From positions 310,001-374,000 of the forward strand of contig CAJNYD010000005.1 in NCBI GenBank assembly GCA_905331295.1: 64,000 nucleotides of DNA. The letters run 5' to 3'. The translations under genes were made by a program, and so were the position numbers. The notes under the pieces were generated by a model. It did not search any database. It was not told the DNA's origin and saw nothing but the letters and a program-made list of their open reading frames with translations. Shown here piece by piece: positions 24,677-37,974 of the stretch. How positions within the stretch are numbered: position 1 is the first letter of the stretch; every line of letters begins with the position of its first letter. Source of the stretch: Rotaria socialis. Lineage: Eukaryota.

Positions 24677-26726
24677 GCTTCTATTGTGTTCCTCTCGCAA
24701 TCATTTGACTATTTTTTATTGTGTTCTTCTCTATTTTGAATGTCTGTTTTTCTTTTCTCTTTCATAAATTAATATCGAGAGCCAGACCTCAGAGTATGAT
24801 GATGGCGACGACAACGACGACGATTACTATTAACTTAATGCTTGTTTATTTCCTTCTCATGATGTTTTGTGTGAAAGACCAAAAGGAAAATGAATGATTG
24901 TCAAAAATGAAATAAAATCTATTTCTAATATTGGTATTTTGTTGAAAACTACCCAATAAAAGAGGTCGTGCGGAAAGTAAAAGAATCGATTTAGGATAAA
25001 CGACTGATTTTTAACACTTTCTTTTCTTTTCGCGATAACTAAGAGTTAAATATGTAAGGATGTGTTCGTAATTTAGTGTATTGTAGTGATTTAAGTATCC
25101 AGCATCAAATTCAGCAATATGAGATATCTAGATTTCAAATAATGTTTACTTTTTCAAACTACTATGTATCATATACAAACATGGTAATGAAAATCGTCTC
25201 AATCACTCTTTTAAGTAATGTATTATACTCGAGAACAAATGAAAGAATTAGAAAATTATGTGATTATATTAAAAGTTCATTTTTTCATGGAAGTTTATCT
25301 ACATATCAGAAGAAACCAAATCACTCGAACTATCGATTGCATGCAGAGTAAAATAAATTTAAAAAAAAGAAGAGCATATATTATTGTAATGAAGAAACCA
25401 TTCATGTAGAAATGTCCAATATTTACAAGTACGACCTTACGCACTAACATTTCGTTCTCGAGTAGCGTTATCATTAGTAAGTGAACATATTCTTAGATAA
25501 ATCAATCAGTTTTTAGACGCAGAAAGACTAAATGACTGATAAATCACTTGATTCAATTTATTTATTTATTTATTTATTTATTTATGGAATTCGATGTGAT
25601 CACTTTTGTTGTTGTTGTCGTCTATATGAGAGAAAATGAATAGTATAAATTTTCATTTGAAATCAACGCTTGAAAACTGTACTAGGACTGTGAAAGCATC
25701 TTCCGGATTTGGATGTTGGTAGATTCGGAACTAGTTCTGTTTGAGTACCGGATGCATACAACTGATAGGATTTGATTGTGATAATATTATTGCAAACAAG
25801 TGGCAGTTGTAATCCGGATTTGACAATTGGTACTCTTACAGCAAATGAGGTTGGATGGTGGTGGTATCAACGAAGACACATGGGTCCACTTTACTTGCAT
25901 ATCTGAGTTTTCAAGTTCCTATTGCTAATTTGATACGCAATGGATGTCTCTAATAAAGTAGATCAAAATTGGATACAAAACCAATGAAAATGAAACTTTT
26001 AGACAACTATCTGTCATGCTGTGGCACGCACATCGAGAAAGATTATCTCTCGGTATTAGCATATTATTTCACATGCAATCGCTAAAAACCCCATTCATTT
26101 GTGAAAATTGTTTTCTTTAGTGTCAGTTTACTTCCAAAAAGTGATTTACTTTCCTGTAAACTCGTATCAAGCATAATGTCGTTCTTGGTATCATGATATC
26201 CTTCTTCACATTCTATCTCTGTTTTGTATGTTTGGCATTACTGTTCACAGAAACCAAGATAATATAAAATTAATTATCTTGTGTACTAGTTTGAGCATTT
26301 TTCTGAAGAAAATTCGATCAACAACAAAAAGTAACTATTTTTTTATGCGGAAAAATCATGATATTAAATGAATCAAAAAACAATATATAAGATAATAACT
26401 CAAATGATTACCTGTCATTGATCAACTTTGACCAATTCCCACACCATACCACTCAAATCAAAACAATTTAATGGTGATTCAATAGAACATTGATTATTGT
26501 TGCAAGATAAATATTAAATTAGAGATGTTATCGATATTTGCCAATAAAAATAATAGTGACTGAGTGATACTACGTCTGTAGGAGAAGATGCCGAATTTCC
26601 TGGAGATATGTGAGCATTTCTCCAATTTTCGGGATATATGACACAATTGTAATGGCTAGCATGTTTTTAAAGAAAATATAAACTTTGATAAATTTTCAAC
26701 CGCAATGATTTCATTCTATGGAGAAC

Positions 26727-27200
26727 TAGAGCCCTGTAAATGTACCCCGAATCCGGAACTAGACCCGGATCCGGCCGGGTACTGGTATGGTTCCGGGTCG
26801 AAATACGGGCTCGGATCCAAAGGAATATTTTATATATATATATAAATATTTTTGAACTTAAATTTATTGTGCATTTTATTCAAAACGTAATCTTTAATTT
26901 ATATACGTATATATAAATAGTAGAAAAACAACAAAAAGCTCTTCCAGATTAAAATATCTAAATCTGACTAACACAATAAATCTATTATTCAAATAATGCT
27001 TCATCTGCTTCTGTACTATTATCAATGAGGCTATCAATATCATTCGAAGAATGATCACTGTCACTATTTTGGAGTATTAAATTATGATTAAAATATTTCA
27101 TTCAGTATCCTATGTACGATGCGACCGGGTCCAGAAAATTAAAATCCATCCGGTCCGGGTCGGGTTCCGGGTCCAAAATTCGTGTACCCGATGGGCTCTA
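26727..27200 (-). mobile_element. Non-autonomous hAT-like element, 474 bp
   Basis: Termini TAGAGCCC...GGGCTCTA. Degenerate 8-bp TSD TGGAGAAC / TTGGGAAC. GC-rich subterminal ACCCGG/CCGG repeats at both ends, as in Ac-type hATs. An internal minus-strand acidic tail (SDSDHSSNDIDSLIDNSTEADEALFE*) is probably the transposase C-terminus. Confidence 0.75.
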
Positions 27201-28074
27201 TTGGGAACAGCAGTTGCACTTTTCTAAAATATGTAATGATTGTTGACCGATTATATGCTTATACTTGGTATTGATATTACAATAGTACTTTTGTTGAGGT
27301 TTTTATTGTTTTTGTATATATCATGCATTGAGTCACACATTATCTATTGTAGAATATGATGTAGATCGTTGATTTTCAAACGAAAAATTACTAGTCACCA
27401 GGTCAGTTAAGTATTGACTAAAGCAAGATTTTTGTAGTCAATTTTTCGATAATCGAACGGAAAATATTTTTGAATCAATCTATATGTCATATGATGGAAA
27501 CAGTAGTGAATATTACCATTGACGAAACCTCATTAAATGAAATTACTTTTTGTTGAATAGTTATATAATTAATGCAATGCAATGGATATATTTCTATCTT
27601 TTTGTTTTTCCAATAAAACGGAACACTGGAAAAAATGTATAAATAACCTAAATAATATGTTTCTTAGTCTGTTTTTCGAGGTTCCGAAGAAGTGAAAATA
27701 CTGATATTTAGTATCGCTGTGGTGGTCGCTTCTATCGATTGTTATTCTTGCCCATATATTTTATATAATTGTTTATTTTGCATACGAATAACACAGCTAC
27801 TGACGTGTATGGTAATACATCCAGTTTTGTTATAACAGCGCTTGTAAATATCACTTGATACATTGAATGTCGATCTTGGTAAACAGCTTTGTGAGTTAGC
27901 TCTAGTCAAAATAGGCATCCATTTGACCATTTAAAATAATTTGTTCTAAGAATTTGACTTGTGTGCAACACTAATATTCTTCATCAGATATACTTCTTAT
28001 GTTTGTGTTGTCTGATACGAACAAAGAAAGCTATTCATGATCATCAGTCAGTGAGTATACATCGTTTTCGAACT

Positions 28075-29502
28075 GGAATCCTCTCGATTGGTCCCCCCTT
28101 AATTGATTCTCAATTCGTCTCCCCAATTAACCCGTCCCTGTACAGAAACAATTAAAAACAAATATAAGAATAATAGTCATCAATAAGAAAATTGATTGCT
28201 GCGTAGAGCACTCTGCATGTGTATATATATATGATGTACTTTCTTAGTAGTGTATTAGTTTCGCTACTGACATTCTCTATGCTCTGAGAAATCGTGCTAT
28301 TCACATATTCAGGACACGGTCGACCTATACTGAACCAAGATCGAACATTCCGGCCACCGGATCCCGTAGGATACTCCAGGGAATATGCTGAAAAGTCACC
28401 ATATCCTGCAGGAAAATCGCTGGAACATGGAAGCAGTATTCCGGTTAAAAATACGATCGGACTTTTCCGGAGAATTCCTGCCAAGTTCCGGTGCTTTCCG
28501 GGAGGAATTGATCAGAAATCACCGGAAAAAGTGCGAAAAATTTCCAACCGGAATACTTCTTTCGCAAAATCAACGGAACTACCCGGAACCGGCCGTTTCC
28601 AGGCCGGATTGTTCGACCTGGGAATTACAATTCTCATCAATACACAACGAAGCGTATGCGAAAGACGAGTGACGTTGTCGAGATCGTGGTTGTACTAGCA
28701 CGTTTTCTCTTTGTACAATCGCTGCAAAAGCTCTTCACGAGCCCTCTACTCATACTTGTCAACAATCAGCTTCTACCGGCAAATCTCTAGTCGACGAAGC
28801 AGTTGGCAATATGGAAAAACGTGTACGAGAGGAGACCACGCCGATCCACAGAAATCTATGCACAAGAAATCGTTAAAGCTCGTATCAGTCATCCCGGTAT
28901 AGCAACTGATCTATTCTTTCCTACATTTGAGAATGTTGATGCTTCACTGTATCGAAGTCGATCGAAAAACTATCCATCGTTACCGAAGTCATTGGTCGAT
29001 CTCGTTCTTCCAGACGTTTGGCGGCTTGCCAAGCACGGAGAACCACGTTGATGGCTTTAATCGACCACTCAAATGTCAATTTCCTGTGCACCCGCACATT
29101 TTCAACTTAATCGAATTATTGCGTGAAGAGCACGAATACCAGGATTACAAGTCCGAAGAGTCACGCGTTCAATTGCGTAAACGAAAGACAATGAACGATG
29201 CTATTGACGAGAATCTCGAGCTCCTTCTTAATGACCACAAAGGTGGATTGATCACTGATATGCAAATCGCGATTAAATGCGGACGCGCTTTAAAGATAAA
29301 ATTTGTTAAATGATTTTTGTTTCTTTTGTTTTTTTCTTGTTCCTTATATTACTCTTGACTAAACAGCTGATTGTTGAAAATCATCTGTTTATCAAATTGA
29401 TCACCAATTAGTAGTCATTGAATTTGGGGACGAATTGGGAGTCAATTAACGGGGGACGAATTAAGAGTCAATTAATGAGGAGGGGACTAGTTGAGAGTAA
29501 CC
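28075..29502 (+). mobile_element. Internally deleted Mutator-like (MULE) transposon with FLYWCH-type transposase relic
   Basis: Perfect 10-bp TSD TTTTCGAACT (28065-28074 and 29503-29512). Imperfect GG...CC TIRs with TTAATTGA.TC.CAATTCGTC repeats. Frameshifted ORF: FTYSGHGRPILNYNSHQY..CRDRGCTS..HTC (FLYWCH-like), [23 protein letters not shown], then directly [26 protein letters not shown] (MULE C-terminal TNN..E motif). The DDE core is missing. Confidence 0.9.
28335..28622. mobile_element. GC-rich MITE (CC...GGG ends, 2-bp AA TSD; CMC/EnSpm-like) nested in the MULE ORF
   Basis: 21-bp TIR CCAAGATCGAACATTCCGGCC versus CCCAGGTCGAACAATCCGGCC. Removing it and one AA restores CTG AAT TAC (L-N-Y) in the host ORF. 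Many CCGG repeats internally. Confidence 0.85.
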
Positions 29503-32500
29503 TTTTCGAACTTTACAAAAATAGTTCAACTTTTTCTTTCAATTAATTAAAATCATTCAAAGTCGACTTAATTGGCATCTTTCGCACATAAAACAAATTA
29601 TAGCGTTTGATTAAATCGTAATACAGAGAGAGAGAAAAACTATTCAAATTTCTAAAACTAAGAATGAATAAAATGTAGTACCGAATATTGAAAGTTCATA
29701 TTGTAAAAGTATTAATCTCAAAGAATATCTAGACTAGGATCTGTTAATAAACTAAAATGATAGAAAAAATAATTTATTGAATATTAACCACTGAGAACCT
29801 TTTTCTTTAGGAGTCTACTCAATTATCAGGTTACAACATTTGACTTGAGATCCATAAACCGATAGAAGTTTTCAACATTGCAAGGAACAAGTGGATAGTT
29901 TATATTGTTTTATTTTCAACTTCACATATCTTACATGAGTCGCAATTGATTCAGTCAAAAGTCGGTTTCTCTGCTGCCACATAAAGTTACATTATTCAAC
30001 ATATATATTTTATTTTCACACTTATTCGTATTTCATCTTGATGGTAATGCATTTAGAGAACGATTCAATGTTAATGAATTAAATATGTTGATATATCTTA
30101 GACAACAATAATCTTCTTTAATTTCATTGTCATAGAACATGATATCCATGTAGCAGTTTATGATGACCGTGAGAAATAACAAAACTAAAAACTTTGCTTT
30201 TGTGTGGCAATAAATTCGGGGTGAAAACGATGAGAAAATGTAAAAATAAACTTATGCCAACACATTCCTATGCTCGTTATGATCGGCTTATCAGTCGAAC
30301 AAGCATACCAAGTCTAGCAGTTCAGAGTTCTCATCGTGTCAGCATTATATATAATGTACATGTAGTTGGTTGATCATAATTTCAAAGCTTTTATCATCTC
30401 ATCGACATAGTAAAAATATTCCGCTGATCAAATAGAATAAAGTAATTCTATCATGTATATCTAATAAACAGAATTAGACGAAATATAGAAGATGGTATAA
30501 AGAATATCTCAGTTGATTGATGAATATCTATGGCAGAAAGATAGACATATAGCATAAAAAAAGTAAATTCGAAATGCATCTTTTATTGCTATTATTCTGT
30601 TAGGTGTACTGTATCGTACATATTCGAAATATTTGAAAATCTGGAAAAAAAGGTACAAATAAGATATACGCATACGTATCAAAACCTACATAAGTCTTCT
30701 CTCATGTATTTGTTTTATTTACTGATAAAATCTACAGAAGTTCAAATTTTATTTCAACCGCCGCTTTAGTTAACCCATTGTTTTCATTTTTCTATTGACC
30801 ATTATTTTTCCTGTTAAAAAATCAATAAAGCATCCATACAGGCTAAATTAATTGAGACATATTTATCGATGGTTTATTAAAAAGTTAATATTAATTAAGC
30901 AAGATTAGAAAATAAATAAATCTATTATCATCAAAACAGATTTATTTTACTTGAGAAATTAGCTATACTATGAATACTTCACTTCACCTAATCATGCACA
31001 ACTTATCATAAGTGAAGATGAAATGATTGTCAATAGATAAAAATCATATGACGTGTTTTTTGAAACATATTGCCTATCAAATATTGATGATAGTATCTAT
31101 AATCATCAAAAGGAATTTTTCGTTTTACTAATTGACAAAAATCCAAATTTCGATGTTATTTTGTTTAAACAAATAAATATATCAATTTACCTTCAACCGA
31201 TAGTTTAATTTTGCTAAAAAAACCTTTTTCACCAAGTTCAAATTTTAGTTTTTCTAAAAACAACTTTCGTTCATGTAGAAAATTGCTCTTACAAAAATAT
31301 CTAGTTATAAAATTGTAGAATTTGATTTTGTTGAGTATTTGAAAAAGAAACAAATTTTCAATGGTATTTCCTATTTAGTCATTATGCAAAACTTGAATCA
31401 ATTATTGAAGACAGTTAAATGTAGAAAAAAACACAATTTTATCAAAGATATATTGATAACTGTCTACTTGTATATCTCATTTGATATGAATTATTAATCG
31501 AATAATAACTAATGCATATATTTTTATCGATGAGTTGATCTTGGTAACACTAAATTGACATTTTTTTTTATAAAATTAATCATCTTTATTGATTTATATT
31601 TTCAGGTATTAAAAACTAAATAAATAAATTCAATCTATCATATTTAAATAAAATAATATTTTCTTTTCAAAAATCTATATGATGTCTCTCTGATTGATAG
31701 TAACATAAAAACAAAAACTGACTACTACGTTTGAATGAGAATAGTTTTCTCCTGTGTGGTGGGATGCTATTCTCTGCCTGCGCATCATGGGATTGAAGGT
31801 GACATTCTTCATATTTCTCGCCTCGAGAGACTGACCTGTTCAGATCGATGACATATCTTTCTTTCCTTCTGAGAATTATTGACGCATAAGCATTTTTTTC
31901 CTCGATCAACTATTGCCCCAAGTCTATCTCTTCTTCAATTGGCATCATTCAGCTGCTCACTTGTAATTTAAATGATGTATACTCTTCTGATTAGCTAATT
32001 ATCACATTTTGTTTTAAATGCATGAATATTTTCAGAAGAAAATGTTTTATTATCGAACTGAGTAGATATTGTCATACTTGCCTAATATAAAGAATCTAAA
32101 TAAGTAGATAAATTGAGGATTTTCATCATCTATATCTAATTGAAGGTCATTATTATTCGAAGTCTAGACATTTCTATAAAGAAACTTTATACATAACGTA
32201 TATAGAATATCTTTAGAAAGAAAAACGAGAAATTCATCAATAATATCAAACAGAATCTTTTTTTTTCTCTTTTTGATCTAATAAAAAGTGCAATGCATTA
32301 AAAGCTCGCCGTTGGTGTCAACATAGACAAAGACAATTTCCTGGTTTTGATCATTGTATAGAATATTAAATGAATCTCATTTATGGACATCGCATATTCT
32401 TTCAACAACGAATGACTCTCAAGAGAGACAAGGCGAGAAAGCGAGAAAGTGCGAGAGAGAGACAAATAAAGAGAAGAATGACCTCTCTCTCTTATCCTGT

Positions 32501-33357
32501 GTGCTATAAAACATTGACTTGCGTGCATGATGCGTTTGAGTGTTGAACATACAGGTGGTTTATTTTTTATTGAATACAATTGATGAGAAGGAGGGATTTT
32601 CTTCAAAGAAGATAAATCTAATTAGAAAAGACTTGAAATAAATTCAATATTTAACAAATACTTAAAGCTTATAAACGACAGGTTCGTCTTATTTTTATCG
32701 TAGCTATTCTTTTAGAAATATCTTTTTATAAATAAGATATGAAGTCTATTCGATGTTGTATTGAATCTTTACCATTTAAGATTTATAAACATGAACATAT
32801 GTTTATATGTACAAAGAAAGATTAGACGCTTCTATACATCAATAGAATAGGTCTGGTCTGCACGATATACATAATAATATGCATATATATATATGTGTGT
32901 GTGTGTGTGCAGAATAACTTCTAATTTGGCATCATATACAAGAAAAGATCGTCTTACATGAAACTGTAGGTGTCCATGTTTTTTCAACTTTTTTTCTACA
33001 ATTGTTTAGCAACGACATTTCTTAAAGAAAAGACCGTGTCAATTAGAATGACCTCTTTTGTTTGTCTATATGTATGTTGACCTTCTCTCAATGTTGGTAC
33101 GATGAAGATGACGACTCTCTAATTCCATATAGCTAGCTAGTGAAGGGAGAGAAAAAGAAAATAAAAATGTTCTGTTTCTCTCTCTATCTAACAAATATTG
33201 ATTGTGAGAAGTAGATGAAACGGAAATCGAGAAACATATTTGAACTCTGAAGGGAATCCTTCTTTTATTCATTATCCAATTAGAACTAATAGGGTTTCTT
33301 TGCTGTATTTATCATTTCGTCCATTTTCTTTTTTATCATAATTAGTGTTCATTTATG

Positions 33358-33382
33358 ATATATATATATATATATATATATA
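33358..33382. repeat. (AT)n microsatellite
   Basis: Tandem AT run visible directly. Confidence 0.9.
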
Positions 33383-35524
33383 TGCTACAGTTGAAAGTCA
33401 TTGAGTCACTATTCCGGAAATCATTTTCTTTTTATTTACCTTTACAGATCTATTCTATCGAAGGAAACAGATGATCTGGCCAAGGCTAACAAGACTCTTT
33501 CATCATCTTCAATAGTAGATCAACAATGTACACGCGCGCACCAGATTATTTGAGCCTTTTCTATTCGGTATTTCTTTCCTCCTTTTTGCATAATCATTAT
33601 ACGAAGAGTAGAAATCCAATGAAGCGAACGTGATGCGCGGATAATGAGTACCGACGGTGGAATTATTTAGTGTCAAAGAAGACAGAAAGAAAAGATTATT
33701 GATAGTGAAAGAGTATATATGTGCTTCAATGATTTTCAACATTGTGTCACTTCATAAATCAGAATAATCATAAACAACGCTCGGGTGAGTTTTAATCAAA
33801 ATAATATTTTATTTCATTTCTCATTTTAGATAGAATAAGTATTAATTATTTCAAAAAGAAAAAAGAAAAGCTTCAGAGTATCATTATTTGAGAATTATTT
33901 ATTTTCATAAGGTAATAATAGATGATAAGGTCTCTTATTAAATTATTATTCCACCTGTTTAAATCCTCAAGGCACTTCTAGAGATGGAAACAATACTATA
34001 AGTGTCCATAAACATGATGTTCATTGCTTTAAGGCGTTACATACTATGTTTTTTTTTGTTGGGAATCGAAATGTAACACTTGTTTTTATTTATCGACATT
34101 GAATATAACAGATGTTGATTAACTTCCCTACAGCGATATACGTATAACATTGTCGCCATTGCAATTAAACGTTTATCTGTTCTCTTCGACTGCTTTGCAT
34201 ATAAATGACTTTTCTTTTATCGACTTCTGTTTATTACATCATTCAGATATTTCTGAGAGAAGAAAAATATCGTAAGTCATAGAAATCTTTTGAAGAACAT
34301 AACTATGAGATACTGTGTAAAACTATTAGCTCACACTATAAATATGTAGAAACAAATCGATAAAGTATATCGATTGATTGACCGTGTCCGTGTGTGACAT
34401 AGATTAAAATCTTTACACATTTGAATTTTGCTTTTATGTAAGACGAAATAATAACGATGAATAACTTTTTTGGTCAAAATAATGACATAAGGTGAGATGC
34501 AGAGTTCATTTTATTTAATTAGATAGTTACATCATTATGAGGAGTTCACTCTCTTTTCGATGTACGTCCAGACATTAGTGTAAGGTACGTGGATCGAATA
34601 ACAAACAGGATTAGATGGATATGAGTAAAAAGAGAATAGATGTGCCTTTAAGCATCGACCATCGGCTTAGTAAATCAGACTCTACTAGAAAAGAAAGATT
34701 ATTTGTCACGTTTGTTAGTTGAAGAAGTTTAGTTTAAAAACTCAACTGAACTGGTAGCTATTTGATTTGGATTATATATAAAATATTTGCAAATTCTTTC
34801 ATTTTTATTTATTCAGTATCTGTCTTTTTCTTTTTTACTATTGATGCACTTTGATGTTCTTGTTAATGAAAGGTTTCCTCTATATCATTAGTATCTAATA
34901 ATAGGATGGATGTTAATACTAGGTAGTATAGTGATAAATGATTGTTGAATTGTATAATTTAATGAAAAGAAAGATAACCTTGAGGCAAAACGCACATAAA
35001 TATTCGAAATAACAATACCTTTTTTCTTTTTGTGTTAATTTATTCTCATGAATAATTTTTTCCTTCTTCTTTTTCAATTGAATAGAAAGAAATCAATCAC
35101 ATAGTACGCATATATATAGCTATGTATATGTACATCGTTGTTCTCTTCTCTTTTTTTTACATAACATTCATCGAAGCATAGCCTATCATCTAGCATATGT
35201 GATGACAAGTTTTCATCGACATAAACTTGTGCCAAAAAGATAACGGCTAGTGTTTATGTCATTCAATAGCTTTTCTTTCTTTCTCATTTTTTTCTGCATT
35301 CATACGTAATAATGAGAGAATATTCTTTTTCTTCTACTTGAATAGCAAAGAAGAAAAAAAGAATGAAAGCTCCGATCTAATCACATCTGCCTACCGGGTG
35401 AATAGATGTATATGAGTCTGCTTTAATCAAGGACAATATCTATTCTTGTAATAAAAGACAGAATTTTCCATTAAATAAACTTTCTGATTATATTCTTTAA
35501 TTTTCAATACAGAAAGAAAAATCG

Positions 35525-37974
35525 ATGCGTTATCGTTTCGGTAGGAGCTTTTTTTACATTCAAACGTACATGGCATTTATTTTTGTTGCTTTGACACATT
35601 TCGATAGCATACGATTGGAACTATGTAATTATTCTGTTCATCCGGTCATGACTATGTTTCCTTTATATTTTAACATTTAATTTTCAATGAAAATTTCTGT
35701 TTTTCAGATGGCGCACGATGGTTTACGTCGTCTTCCTCCTCCACCTCTATTTACAATTCGTCCTCCACCTAAACCACCTGGACCTTTATTTGAACATTTT
35801 CAAACAGTTGAAATTTTAAATGGTCAATGTGTGAGACCATCATTGAATATTTTTAATACTTCTTCAACTATTCTGCAAACACATGAAGAGCAAATAAATT
35901 GGCTAAATCTCTTTCTTCTTATTTTGGCTATTATTAGTGTTATTTCTTGTATTATAATTGCAATATTTATTTTTATTTGTCTCAAGTAAAACAATATATT
36001 TTTTTGTTTTTGTCACATATTATTCTGTATTTTTTTCTTATTTAGAAAATTAAGAAAAGAAGAATCACAATACAAAAGTTATGTCATGACTGGTTCAATA
36101 TCGTCAAGAAATCCTCATCCTCATCAATCTGATCTATGTACAAGAGCAAGTGAGCATTATAAGGTAAGAGTTCATGTCTCTTAGTGTTGATTAAATATTC
36201 AATGTTACTTTGAGAAACAAAATCAAAATCATAACAAAACACTTAAGAGAATAATGCAAATAAAAACAGGTGTGATACACTTAACACTTTTTTTTTTATC
36301 AATGTGAACCAATCTATTGCAGATATTGATAATAGGCATGTGAGAAAAGCACTTGTTAACGATTTTTCAATGATCAAATAGCTAACATCTGGAGAGTTTT
36401 CTCTATTTAAGCATTAATGTTTTTCACGCACCGTTTTTCTTTCCATTCCTTACATTGCTAACATGAATAAATCATGAAAGAAAAGGAAAATGATCTTGAC
36501 TATTCCATTTCTCTTTCGTCTATTATTTATTCTCTTAACACAAGGTTAATTTTAGAAAAGTATTATTTACTTTTTGATTATTTAAACAATGGAAATATTA
36601 GCTCGAGTTTATTCATGACAATAGAGATATATTGAAGAAGTAATTGTAAAAGTATATTGTTCTACATTAACGAGATAAGTACTCGAGTTGTTTTGAAAAT
36701 TATATTTCTTTTTGTATTATTGTTGAGGATAGATAATAAAATTCTCTAGGATTCAAATTTCTCGAAGTATTGTACTTAATTACTTTTTGAAAATTTTAGT
36801 CGATATCTCGATATTGACTGGAGTCGAAGTAAAATGATTATTTTTCTAAAAGAATAGATTTTTTTTTGCTATAGGCCTCAATCAGTTTAAGTTTTCTTTT
36901 CTCTAGTTTCATATGAACCTTTGAAGATGATTTTAATCAATCCTATAAAAATTGTTTTTCAACTAATTTCTAATTTTTAAATACTACTATCATGAGCAAT
37001 AATATAACTAATGTGTACACAGTTATCATTCAATAGGAATGGGAACTGGTGCAGCTGATATGTATGTAGAACTTACTTGAATTAGGGACTTTCAAGCAGA
37101 ATATGATGTCTTTAATATTAAAAGAATTATTTTTTTCTAATAATTTGTTTTTGTTAAATGTCGACTTAACCGACAAAAACAGCAGTCTATTACTGATGAA
37201 TATTGATTTACTCTTTTGAATCATTTAAGTTGTGTAAAATATTCATAAGTACCTATATTTTCATTTAAAAACGAAAATTTTAATAAAATCGATACGATCT
37301 TATGATAAAAGAAATGGCGGATTAAAAATATATTGTGCTCTTTGTTGTAGTGTACATCGACTACATTGAATTGTTGTGATGATTATTATTCTCATCAATT
37401 AATTCCAATGACAGAAGCCCCATCACAATCTGTCATTTCCCCTCATCATATTGTAAATTCAACTAATAATACTGATTCTCCATCAGCATTAAACAGTGCC
37501 GGTGGTGTTGATAACGCACAAAATCACCAATATGAATGTATACCTGAATGTTTCTTGACAATGGCCCGTCATCATCATCATCATCATCCTTCAGCTGTAT
37601 GTCATCGTCAACATCAATTGTATCATAGACCTAATACGTGTTCGGTACCTTATGCTACTTTTTCACGCTCAATACTTCTATCTCGAGGAGTGACAACAAC
37701 AAGTACAAGTAATAGTAGTCAATGTACATGTTCTCCTCCGCCATCAGCAACAATCGTTCAAGAAGAATCATCTATTCCTTTACTTGACTCATCTATTTAT
37801 AAAGAATCTCATCAGAAAGGAGAACAATTACCGTCACCACCAAAATCGATGATAATCGGATGGACAAGACGAAATTCAACTATATCAACAAAACGAAAAT
37901 CGGCTGGTCATTCTAGTAATGAACAACGACACAGTTTTCTGTCTCAATTACGGAAGTCTTCTGTATTACAATAA
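35525..37974 (+). CDS. Uncharacterised type I single-pass membrane protein, 4 exons (35525-35644, 35708-35985, 36046-36163, 37351-37974)
   Basis: Signal-like MAFIFVALTHFDS, Pro-rich ectodomain LPPPPLFTIRPPPKPP, TM LFLLILAIISVISCIIIAIFIFICL followed by the basic stop-transfer KKLRK, and a low-complexity cytoplasmic tail. Introns 2-3 are canonical and frame-preserving; the exon 1 donor (GTCATG) is less certain, so the start could be 35708. Confidence 0.75.

Noticed and set aside
28152..28698. Overlapping ORFs of 110, 134 and 95 aa
   Set aside because: They arise from reading through the stop-poor GC-rich MITE at 28335-28622.
31667..31960. GC-enriched 80-aa minus-strand ORF as transposase fragment
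   Set aside because: No recognisable motif, TIR or TSD.
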